Shown here: positions 12,371-26,800 of the stretch, one piece after another
How the letters are laid out: every line of letters starts with the position of its first letter
How positions within the stretch are numbered: position 1 is the first letter of the stretch
Source: the human T2T-CHM13v2.0 reference genome, Homo sapiens
DNA: 64,000 bases
Direction: 5' to 3' (one strand)
NCBI RefSeq assembly: GCF_009914755.1
Contig: NC_060926.1
Made by a program: the position numbers and the translations under genes
The notes under the pieces: model-generated
Database searches by the model: none
Told to the model about the DNA's origin: nothing
What the model saw: only the letters and a program-made list of their open reading frames with translations

Positions 12371-13558
12371 GACTACAAATAGCAAGAAGGTATTTAGCCC
12401 ATCCCACCATTAGTATAAATCACTCTACTTAAGTAGAAAGGATCGCTTCAAATTTTCTACCATTTTAAGTTCAGTAATTTTCAATCATGATCCCCTACCC
12501 ACCAGGAATAGATGAGGAAAGTGGATATACATATGTGTTTGAAATTGCAGTGGATGTTTACCCATTCCTTGTCAGTAGCTTGCATTTTAAACATTAATTT
12601 GAGAGCCCTGCAGGTTTTGTGAGTAAGAGGTAAGTTCAGAGTCCCAGCCATGCAGAGTTCATGGTCCACTGGAGACTTCTGCTCTAATAAGGTAGTGTTC
12701 AATAAGTTCACAGACACCCTCTAGGTTCAACAAAGTGGTAGCCATTAATCCTTCAAATGATGGAAATTGCTAGAAAGTAACTGAAAGAACAATAAAAGGC
12801 AATTTTGAAAATTATACCAAGGGTTTCAAGACAGAATATAAGCAGTTTAACATTAATTTGCTTACTTGATCACATCGTAGATATCTACCATCTTGCTTTA
12901 TTTCCTCTGACTTACTCAGAGGAAATGCTAAGGTGTATTAAATATATGCCCTGTATGTACTTAAAAGGTCTCTAAAAGGCTCTTGTAAAAATGACCTATT
13001 TCCCCAAGTGATGAAATGTGATATAAACCACTCTAAAGAATATCTCACTCATCTAACCTCAAAGAAAGCAATATAAATATTGGAAAAGAAAACTGCTTTC
13101 TGATTCTTCATCATCTTGTCCTTTTCCATGATTAATCTAAAGTACATATCATGATGTTTCTTATGGGTCTGGTTCACGAGTTATCTGCAAATTATCAGCC
13201 ACTATGGAGGCAGTACATGTAGATGCTCCTATAGATTCAAGACGCTCAGTAGGCAGAACTGAACACTAAGCATGTGGGAGGCTGAAAAACAGAAAAGGGG
13301 AAAAAAAGATTATAGCTATAGTAGATTTCCACCCCTCTGACAGCTCAGTAAGAAGAGTGAAATGTACAGGTTTGAACTAGCATTTACGTGAGCATTTTTT
13401 CTGCTGGCCAATGGGTGTGCCTGCATTTGGGGTGTTTTTCTAGGGAAAATAACTATGTCCTACCATCTCTGAAAACTATACTTAGTGGCTTTGATTCACG
13501 GAAATTTGTTCTGCTTGTTTTGTGGAGACAGACATATCCTGGCAGTTCCCCCACTTAC

Positions 13559-13623
13559 TTCTATTGCAACTTTTGCAGCAAGATGAAAATGCGTTCTTCC
13601 CTATGGTCTTCTTGAAGCACAAT
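13559..13623 (-). other. GTDC1: 65-nt 5'UTR exon of GTDC1
   Basis: acceptor ctaataggaatcatctttcttccAG|ATTGTG with a branch-point-like ctaat; donor AATAGAA|GTAAGT; non-repetitive context ~2.7 kb upstream of the start exon. Confidence 0.7.
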
Positions 13624-14224
13624 CTGGAAGAAAGATGATTCCTATTAGATACAAGTAAATGGGGAGAAGCTGGTATTTAAATATATGATTCAAACCAAAT
13701 GGCATATAGCACATTAAAGAACAGTTCAAATACTTTGGCTGAGCTTGAGTTTTGTTTTAGAAAACTGCTTGAAACAAATAAGCATGAGGTTGAAAAAAGA
13801 AAAAGAAAAAAAAAACCACTTCACTGCTATGGTGGAATTTGCTAAAATATAAAGGGAATATACTAGTTGCCCATTTCAGCAATAGTCAAAGAAAGCTACA
13901 AGTGGTCACCTTGATACTACAGATGTTCAGAAGAAGCATGTAGGGTGAATACAGACATTTTTGCACCACTAGCAAAGGCTAATAAGGAGTGAGTACTTGG
14001 AAGCAGCAGTAATAGGGCCTCACTGTTGAAAGTGCTAACTCCAAACCAAGGACAGGGTTTCCTTTGTAGAAGGAGGCTGTGGTCAAGTGTTTGCTAGAAG
14101 ATGGCAGAGAGCCAAATGTCTCCTATTGGTGCCTGAGTTTATGAACCTCTTAAAGCATTATCACAAGTACTACCAGAAACCTTAAATTATGAAACATTTA
14201 AACTGATCACGAATACCAGAATTA

Positions 14225-14542
<318 letters not shown>

Positions 14543-17004
14543 GAATACCCGAATTAGGGATGTGGCACTTTAAAAGGAAGAAACAACAAAAAACTTAGTT
14601 TGGAAAACAAATACCAAACAGAAAACCCATGTCCTTTCTGCATGGCGCTCAGAATAGTATTATATGACATTAAGAAAAGAGTAAATGGCCACTCCATGCT
14701 TGCTCCCTGAAAGAGCATATAAAATATTTCAGATAAATTTTAATCAATTTTTAAGTTTTTCTGCTTAAACAAGCTTCAGTTAAAGAAAAACTCACTTCTT
14801 CAGCACAATTTATTCCCCAATGACACCAGATGAATGAAAACCTACTATACTATTAAAGCTTTTTGAAAGTTTAATTCATTATCAATACTATGATTTAATG
14901 ATACATGGTTAAATGCTAAACATCAAATTTGGCAATATAAAATAAGTCAAAGTGATAGCTGTGACATAGAAATTTCATACCACTTCAAATTCTATTTAAG
15001 ATCACCAGAAGTCAAAATGATCTATTTAAGAATTGTCTACCTTTTCAAAAATGCATATTCATAATCGAAAGGGGATACAATGTGAAAATATCAATAGTAT
15101 TTCATACAAACATTTTGACCAAAATGAAAAATCACCATTAGCATCATCCCAATTAAAAACTAATAATGCATTGATAAGATCACAGAGAACAAAAGTAGCC
15201 TGAAACCAACGCTATGAATATTTTTAAATTTTTATTAAAACTTTTTGTCACTGTACCTGCAATTATTTTAGACTTGACCCAATTTCTTTATTCCCTAAGC
15301 CATGATCATTTTCAAGGTGAACTACATTTTTGTCTACCTCCTTTAGCATTTAGAACTGCTGTGGTAGTTGAAATGTTTTTAACAGTATAGATATTAAAAA
15401 TCTGCAATATGCCAGTGATTTACTGAAAAGTATATGCTAAATATTAAGTATATCATGTCAATTAAAAAAATAAATTTTAGTCACACTGAAACCTATAATT
15501 AGCTTTCATATATGACGTCAATTTAGTTACCTATAATATTCAAATCATTTTCCAACCAAACACCCAGTAATAATTTTAAATCAGAGGAATTGTTGTATTA
15601 ATATATTCCATAGACACCTTTCTGTTATTAGTTAGTTGTAGGAAGGTATAGTTTCAGTGATGATGGTTTTAACGGTTTTGATCCCACACACATGAGAAAT
15701 TGATTCCACAGGCTAATCCACATATGGCTTGATACCTTAAAACTTCAATCAATTGTTGAAAATATAGTTTTGATTTACCTATATGCAATATTTGGAAACT
15801 TAAGCTTGTTAAAGCAAAAAACAATGGGCTTAAACACTAAATGGTTTACTTTGGGGAAAGTGAAACTTGAGCGGTATTTCTCAGTAGGTCATCACAAGTT
15901 TACCTGGTATTTTCTTACTGACCCTTTCTCTTCCTTCCCTTCTGCACCTCCACCCACCAACACACCCAGGTTCTATATAAAAAGCAACCAACAACCCAGC
16001 AGAGTAAAATAGGGCAGGGGTGAGAAAAGTTAGTATTACCTTCCAGCCCACTCACTTATTTTAATGATTCATCACGGAAACCCCAAGTTGTTAAAATATA
16101 CCTGAAATCTCATTAAATAGTAAAAATAAGCATGAAAAGATCTCTGCTTTAAAACATGTGACCAGTGATTCCCCTAACAGAATCTATTAAGAGTGTGAAG
16201 TAAAAATACATTTTGCTAAACAACTTTCCTCAAAGTAATGTACTACAATCAATTATCATATGGGAAAAAAGAGACAAGATAAATATATTCTACAAAAAAG
16301 TTATTTTTTTAAATTCTTCTATAAAAATCAGGCATAGCAAATTCATCTTAACCTCTAAAACCTGAATATAACCTCTAAAAACTGAAATATAATCTGGTAT
16401 CAAATGCAAAGTAATAATTTTGCAGTCATAAAACTCTATGCACTGAAAATATTCTACATAAATTTAAACAAAGTTTGGCTAATAGAAATGAATCTGCTTC
16501 CGGAGCATTAGTCTGAACTGCAGATAACTAACACTTGATGGATACTGATCATTATTCCATTATTTGGTTAGGAGACATACAGTCTAATATTTATGTTGTA
16601 GTTGTGTACTACCATATGTACTTAAATAGCAACATTTCGCTTTAATTCTGGGTTCAAACTGACAAAGATGTGGTAAGCTAATAATGTATACCCCCCTCAA
16701 TGCCATGGATATGCTAATCTCTTCCTCTGATTTTTGTGTCTTGTTGTAGAGACTAAGAACTGAGAATTCATGCATCGAAACCAAGATTTGGTAGGAAAAC
16801 TCATACGCCATACTTTCTGTGAGAAAATTTAAAGCTATTTTCAAATGTGCTTTTCCAATTATATGAATTGCAATGATCTTTTAAATATATGCTCTTTGCA
16901 AAGTTAGCATCTTATATGTATTTGTGATAATTTAATTTTCCCTAAAAAACATTTCTTTTTTTGTTGGTTTGGAATTCAACTTTCTGCTTAAAAGTATCAG
17001 TCAT

Positions 17005-17305
17005 GGCTGGGTGCACTGGCTCATGCCTGTAATCCTAGCACTTTGGGAGGCTGAGGTAGGAGAACTGCTTGAACCAAGGAGTTTGAAACCAGCCTGGGCT
17101 GTTGTGAGGCTCCATCTCTACAAAAAATTTTAAAAATTAGCTGAGTGTGGTAGTGTGTGCCTATAATGCTAGCTTCTCCAGAGGCTAAGGCAAGAGAATC
17201 ACTTGAGCCCAGGAGTTTGAAGTTACAGTGAGCCATGATTGTGCTACTGTATTCCAGCCTGAGTGACAGAGTGAGGTCCTGTCTTTATTTTTTAAAAAAA
17301 AAAAA

Positions 17306-17306
<1 letters not shown>
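17005..17306 (+). mobile_element. Alu SINE (AluJ-like)
   Basis: ggctgggtgcactggctcatgcctgtaatcc...cttgagcccaggagtttgaagttacagtgagcc. Confidence 0.92.
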
Positions 17307-17354
<48 letters not shown>

Positions 17355-17372
17355 CACACACACACACATATA
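17306..17372. repeat. Compound (TA)n(CA)n(TA)n(CA)n microsatellite at Alu tail
   Basis: direct reading. Confidence 0.93.
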
Positions 17373-20300
17373 TTAGTAACTTATTCCAGGACTTGAATTA
17401 GTAAAGTGTCTTGGTTAAAACTCCACAAGCATCAAATGCAAACTCAGCAAATAGTTACTGAGTACTTAGCATGTACTAAGCACGTCATGTACTTGTTTTC
17501 AAATATGCACAATTTCCACAAATAACTGGATAAGTATATATTAAAAGTTCAATATATTATTGTGAGGTTATATTCCACATTATATTAAAAAATTACAAGA
17601 TTTTTCTTTCTGTGAGAAGCTGAGTGGTTTAATTCCACTGACAAAATATTAACCCTCTTTCAATTTTTTAATGCTATTAATTCCATGAATGATTTCAAAC
17701 TATAAAAGCAGCAATGAATTCGTTCTACTGAATACTACAAATATTTTTAATTTGCCAACATTCACAAATGTGGCAGCATATTTATGAATCAATAGAAAGT
17801 TTTGCACTGGAATATCATCTCACCACTCATTTAAAGTATCGCATTGCCCTTTTAAGTAGGTCTCCATGCTACCATACAATCTTGTTCCCACCACACCATT
17901 CTCCTTAAGCTAATCACAAATAATCTTTCCAAAATGGAAATGTGACCATAAAATGACATGCTCAAAAACCTTAAATCACCTAAGGGTAAAATCCAAGGCC
18001 CAACACATGGCAATTAAGACTCATTTCCTGGCCCCTTCCTTTCTCTTCACTACAGCCACATTTGGCCTTCTCCCACTTCAATTCCTTTTCCCCAACTTCC
18101 CCAGACTCTACTTGGTAGCAATACCAAACACCCACACTCCCAGAGCTGTTTTAGACTCTTATAACTTCACACATTTATCTCACCTCCATCAGCCTTCTCT
18201 CTCTGTTCAACTAATGAACTTTTGTTAAAATTTCTGCTCATGAATCACCATTTCTATGAAGCCTTTCCCTGAACTCCTCCTAAATATGACTTCCTTTATA
18301 CTCTGTATAGTAGAATTATACTTGTTTCACTGTAGTCACACGTTCTGCTTCTGCATGCAGCTGTGAAAATCTGAAAACTGGGAGCTATGCTATTATTTTC
18401 CTGAAAGTTGTCTCAGGACCTGACACACAGCAGACAAACTAGGTTTTTCTGGAGCTGAAGTGAAAATCAGGGGGACACAGGAAGTTGCTTTCTTCTGCCT
18501 TGAAAGTAACACTGGTTTCACTTAACACAGGTTCTCAGCAACAAGTGTCAGACAGCACTGTACTTGATACTAATGATTTCCTATTATTCCTGAAGTCTAA
18601 ACTAAATCAAGCAGCAAGTATATCTGGACACATTTTATTATGTTCTCTTTCAAATACTGATTCTTTTTTATTGTTGACAGAAGCAGAATTTATGGGAAAT
18701 AATAATTTTTTCCATATAGATATGTGTTTATTTTAACCTACCAATACAAGAGAAGTAACACCGATTAAAGAGATGGGAGAAACAGAATAAGCAATTGAAT
18801 TCTAGGCCAAAGTGCATTTAATGGCCTAAGAGAATATTTGTAAATTTCATAAATTTTGAAAATCATCTGCAGTTTCTTATTCTGTTTGATCTATTATCAT
18901 CCTAGTTTAATTTGAGAAGTGGAAGTAGGATAAGAAGCCAATTCCCTCACCATCAATCTAGAGAGCCCATTCCACATTTAGTAATTAGGCTTTTATTTAA
19001 CAGAGAAGAAAAAAAGACATTTTTAAATACTTTCTGCCAACAATTATTCTTTTTATAAAAGTTTGACAAGATGAATAATGTATTTCCTTCTCAAAGATGG
19101 CTTTTCTCCAGAAGTCTTCCACCTTCTTGAAATGGGCTGTAAACCAGCTCAGTGGGAGAAAACTGGGCTCCCTGACCCATTCGGATACGAATGCCCAAGC
19201 AGAGAAGTCAAGGTGTGTTCAGAATAATAGGTGCAAGGAGTGCTGATACCATTGTTGAACCACTTTTCTTTTACAGAATACAAAATATAAAGAATATCGG
19301 CATCATAGAGTAAGTGACAGCAAGACTAAAATCCAGGTCTTCCAACTCCATATTCACATGGCATCCCATTATACTTCACTGCAGGCACAGGATACAATAT
19401 AAGTTAAAAAAAACCCTCCATTTTCTAGTCTTTGAGTTTTAGGATTAAATAAAAATGTTTAATAATTATTAATATTTAAATGATATATATATAACACGGT
19501 ATATGTTTTATATGCTTGTGGAATATAAATGTCACTATAAATTAATATATTAATTGCATACAATATTTAATAATGCCTCCTCACTTGTAAAACCAAGACA
19601 TCAATAATATAAGTAACTGAATATCATATAGTGAAATACTTCAATTTTTTTGTTAGAATCTCTTGGGATTCCTCCCAGAGTCCAACATAATCATAACTCC
19701 TCTGAAGATATAACCCTTATTCTTTACCCCTCAGCACTGGACAGTCACCTTTTTGATAGAATAATAGGTCTTAAGAACTAGGACTGGAGGGGGAAAAAAA
19801 AACAATACTGAAGATTCACATGCCAATAAAGGTTTGGAGTAGAAGGTGAAGAAGTCAGCCACGTAGCCGCATTCAGTCTAGCTCAAAAATTTACTACTGT
19901 TACCATCAAGCAAAGTCAAGGTTCTCTTGACAAAACAATCTGTAGTATTTCTGTGTACTTATCACACGTAGGATATATTTATACAAGTAATTATTTAATG
20001 TCAATATCTCCACTGGACATTAAGTTCCACGGAGACACTTGACTAGGTCTGTTTTGCTTACCATTGTTATCTCTAGCACTCAGCAAACAGAAAGTGTTCA
20101 ATAAATGTGTGTTGAGTCAATGAACCGTAAAACCCTTTAGCAATGGCCGTGACGATTTCTTCCTAATTCATTCAAGAGTTGTACTATTATCAGACATAAA
20201 AAATTACTTCTTCCTATCACTCATTACTATTTACTCTCATAGGCAGAATTTTATGTACAGATTGTATTACCATGTAAATATAATAGGTGGCATCTAATTC

Positions 20301-21165
20301 TATTTAAAATTTCACCCCTCAATCTAAGGAAAATTGTCTGCCCTGCTGAGGGATTTAGAAACTATGTTCCATGCCATGGCAAAGCATCTTCCCCAACCTG
20401 ACTGGAGTCTACAAGAATGTTTAATTCAAAAATAATCATGTCTATGACCTGGAAGGAGTCCACTGGCTTAATCATTACACTGGCATTTTTTATTGGACAG
20501 AAACATTATCTTGCTACCCTACACTGGCTTCTATGCCAACATTTAACTCAGACTGAGTTTGTGCAGGGTAATTATAAATATACACACCAAATGAGTTTAA
20601 AATAAGATGACTAACATATTCTTAACTATACTGATTAAGAATACTCAAACATGTTTTAATAACTTAATCCATATTAACTACAAAAGTTATTGAGAAGTTT
20701 CCCTCCCCAAGTGGGAGACACATTTTCAGTTAATTTTGAAACAGAAATAGCAGTGTTACTCTAACATACAAATATTCTCAACGTCCTATTTGAAGTACAG
20801 TAACACAAGCAAACATGGGTGGCATTCCCTTGATGAGATGAAATAAATGTCACTGAGTATAAGGTACTGGATTTAGACTGGATTTAGTCACTTCTAATGA
20901 AAAATGAAAAGGCCATAATCTCACAATTCAATTTGATTTATCTATGAGGGAAAGTATCTAAAAAAAAAAAAAAAAAAAAAAGCAAAATCCTAGCATCTCA
21001 GGAGGTGAAAGAATATCAGGTAAACATTTGGGAGAAGAAAGAGGAATTTCCATAAGAGACTGAAGAACTAGAAATAGATATCCTTAAATGGATCAACCTT
21101 AGACACATTTGATGTTTTTAATATTCATTTTATATCAGTGAAAAATCACTTTGCAGTAACAGACC

Positions 21166-21541
<376 letters not shown>

Positions 21542-21582
21542 TAACATCCAAATCAACAAAACCATGTTTTAAAGCTGTATCA

Positions 21583-21904
<322 letters not shown>

Positions 21905-24040
21905 TTAACATATTTATTGATACTGCTCTCATCTCCAACATTCTACATGAATACAGATAGGTATTCAAAGTATTCAGTAAAAGTACATTTTCTTCTATTT
22001 ATTTTTTGAAGGAGTTCTTTTTCTAGTCACTATATATATTTTTAATAATCTTCTGATTTGCTAATAGTTTAAGACACGTGCTGACAGTTTACAAAGGCAA
22101 CACCAGAAAAACTGGACAGAGTCTAGAGATCTTTAATGCTAAAGTTTAAAAAGCTCAGAAACCCAGTTTAGACCAGGGCTGAGTAAATCTGGGACTAATA
22201 GATGTGGTAATGAGAGCTGTATCACTATTTTTAAATATCACAAGAGGCATATTATTAGCTACCCACTATTATAAGAAAAAGAGTCAGTCTGTTAATAATA
22301 GATTGGGATTTTTTTTTAATCCTGAAGATATTTAGGATTGAAACTATTAAATAAAGAAAAGGTATACATAGACAACTGTGTATAATTTCTAGAAGGTCTA
22401 CTATTGTCCAAAGTTTCTGCAGAGGAAGCACGGGCTTTCCCATATCAACAGCTTGAAGTTTCCTGACTGGAACAAGCACTGTGACTTTTATCTATTTAGT
22501 GGCCTTGCCTATCTCTTTATCAACTGGTTTTTCAAGGAGACATTCCAATGATACAAATATTTTGTCTAATGAAGCAGAGACCCTATAGCCAGAGTATTCC
22601 TTACAAACTACCCAAAGCTGCACACTGCATCCTCACCATCTCTTAAAGTAATTTCACACTTTGCAAACAGTGTTTTCAAACAGAGTAAAGTTACTTAGGA
22701 GTTAGTTAATTCCCCCTTGCATCTCTCTCCAGCACATATATACACCATATATGGGATCATTAGTCTGTCTACTGGATTAATCAGCATTCACAGTTAACAA
22801 ACAGCCTGAATTATTTTAGAGAGAATTTATAACTCAAACTACTAAAACTAGGCATATAATATCCTCTATTTTCTATAATAGTTGTTGAATTGATCTTGAT
22901 AGAATTGAAGTATCCTATTATCCTCTTGCATTACCCTTGTTCAATGTACCCACCTTGTTTCCAAACTTCACTTGCAAGAATTAAATTTAAAATATCAGAT
23001 AAACCACATCATATTTTTTGGAGTAAATGCCTGCTGGGGTACAATGTGTTACCTCTCCCAGGAGTACTTGTATGTTACAAGAGAACAACAGGTGATAGTG
23101 AAATTTCAACCATCTGTACAGTAGATGCAAAGAATAGTTTGTGAATTAAAAAAGGACTGTTCTCATGTCTCCAAAATGTAGACTGAAAGCTGCTACCCAA
23201 TCGACTAATACATATGGTTAGCTTTGCTTTAAAGTATTAGAATATTCTATCACTTTTCATCATAATACAAAAAGCTTGAAAACTATGCATATCTTTTGAT
23301 TCAGCAATACCACTTTTAAGGATTAACCCTGGAAGTTACCAAAAATCTTTACTGCAGTCTTTCCCCCAATTAAAAACAATCAAAATATCCTACAAAAAGG
23401 GATCTCATGATTAAATGATTAATGATCAAAAAATATAATGAATATATATTGCCATGGGAAAATGTTTACACTATTGCATGACTGCATGAAATGAATATAT
23501 AAAAACATATTATGAAATGAATATATCATAATACGAGAGAAAGAGTACATGCACACACGCAAACATAAATGATCATTTGAGGTAAAACTGGGAATCATTT
23601 TGTTTTCCTCTTTGTGCTTCATTTTATTCTTCAAGTTATCTTCATTGAATATGTTTCAACTTCAATTAAAAGAAGCTACAACATTTTTCTTAACTTTAGG
23701 GAAGGAGGCCAAATTGTTTGATATAACAAACTACTTCCCAATTACTGAAGGCGTCCTCCCTTCCAGGAGCTTGCAAGTGTTTTTCAAATTATTATAACTA
23801 CTATTGCTATAAGGAAATTCATTTAAAAACTAATCGACAAGGGTTAAAACTAATAGTGCTATAGCGATTCAAAACAGCATCATTTAGTTTGCAAATACTG
23901 CTTGTTTAAGTAATATATGAACTAAAAGTAATTCTCAATCTTAAAATGTACTTGTTTATTAAATAGTTGTAAACTGATCAAAGTCTCTACTTACATATAA
24001 GGAATCTGAGGCTGTACTTTGACAGTATGTTAGAAACTAA

Positions 24041-24402
<362 letters not shown>

Positions 24403-24568
24403 TAAACTCAAAGTTTTAAACTTCAAGTAAAATGCCAAAATGTTATGCTTTGATAATTAGGTATGGGTCTTGAAATAAGGGGAAATATTTAATTAAGGTG
24501 AAGGAAATTGAAAAGGACTTCTAGTTGCACACTTAATTTCTGAAGTGTCTTGTATTAAGAAAGCTGGA

Positions 24569-24862
<294 letters not shown>

Positions 24863-26386
24863 AAGAAAGCTGGAAAATGTTATTGTATAATCATCCATAT
24901 GTATTGCACATGTTAAAAAACGGAGCGAGGACTGATTGGATAGTCAACTAAAAGAGAGAGAGATTTGCATTTTAAAAGACTTCTCATAACCACTCAGATT
25001 TGTCCTATATTTATATACACGTAATATGTGAATGGAAAATCAATAAATATTAACCAATGGCAACTCAGACTTAGTAGAGAAATATTTTTAAAGGGAATCT
25101 CCAAGCTCTAGTACTTTTTACAATCTAAACAACATGTTTCATTTTCAAATAATATGAAATCACTCTGTTCCTGGAATTGTTTTCCAACACAACCATTTCA
25201 TCACATTTCATTTTTAAACCACCCATTCCAAAAAACCTAACTTACAAATCTAGCAAGAAATCAAACTACTAAAAGTATACAAATAATTAAGAAGTTATTT
25301 CTAGAAAACAAAAAAAAACTAATAAAATATGAAATATATAAATACAAAAACTAGACACAATCTTATTTTATCTATTTAGATGGGTATGAAGACTATGCTT
25401 ATCGACATATAATTTCCCATATTTTAAAATAAGCACAAACTTGATATGAAAAAGAAATCCTCCTCTTAGGAAAGCACCATGTGGCATTTTTTAACTTTAC
25501 TACCACTTTGTTGACTCTTTGTCCCAGAGCAGATCACCTCCAACATTAGTACTCTGACCTTCTAGAAAACTGACAGATAAAGTTTATAGTGAGAAAAAAT
25601 GAGCTTTTATGGGTTTCCAAAAGGGAATTCTTATGACACTAAAAGCCATATAACAATATTGATTTGATAACCAACTTTTTTACTGCCCAATTATAGACTT
25701 AAGATTTCTAGAAAAATATCCAAGTGAAACTTGACATAAAATACAGTAAAAAATAGTCTTGAGCTCATGACAGTCTGGAATCTCTTTACAAACTTTAAAT
25801 ATACATATAAAACGATTTTTAAAATCAGGTCTTCTTTAAAGTGTTGAGAATCCCAAGATTTACCTTTCACCTTGGGCCTGACTGACCCTCCTCCTGATAC
25901 TTTTGTCAAAAATCAATTCAGTTATAGCTTGTACCTTTCTGAGCAAATAATTTCCAGGCCTGTTTCTAGTTTCCTTCCATCCTAAAGGCAAATGTACAAC
26001 GTACAGCAACAAGGATTATTTTCTTGTAAAACCATCTTCAAAAATCAATTAGAATACTCAAAATATTCTATTTTCACAAATGAAAATAAGTTGCTTACTG
26101 GAATGACAGTCTTCCATTTCACTGCCTTAAAAATTAAGCTGGCATGGATAATAAAAGTGTTTTCTGACTGGATATGCTTGGCATTCAAATGTTTTTAAAA
26201 CAAATACTAATCCTTAATTAGATTTCACAGGCACAAGCTATAGAAAATAGAATTCTTTTTTATTTTCTGAGAGAAATATTAATGATTTGATATCATAAAA
26301 GTTATAACAACAATGCCATGGCTTGGATAAACTTATAAACAAACCTGTACGTGAATGTTTTGTATCCTTTTCAGCCTAATCTCTAC

Positions 26387-26800
26387 CATTCATTCATTCA
26401 ACAAATACTTATTGTGCCTACTAAGTGTCTGCTCATCATTGTTCCGCATGCTTGGGGATAAATTAGGTAACAAAGCAAATGGGACTCTTATCACAAACAA
26501 TTTCTTTCTAATTGGAGTAAAAAGACCAGCATCAAATTAAATGTATGTCAGATGAGGGCACCTATAAAGAAAAATAACACATGGTAACAGAGGATAGGAG
26601 CTACTGAGGGCTGGTGTGAGGAGGTTATTTTATACAGGGTTGTGAGGAAACACCTTGCTGATAATGAGATGACATCTAAACAGAAATCAGAAGAAGGGGC
26701 GAGGGGATTGGGGAGTATGTAGATCTGGATCTAAGCAACAGGCACAGCAAGACCCTGATAAGACACATGCTTGGTATGTGCAAAAAGTAGGAAGCTCTGT
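26387..26800 (-). mobile_element. L2 LINE 3' fragment
   Basis: cattcattcattcaacaaatacttattgtgcctactaagtgtc; approximate end. Confidence 0.65.
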
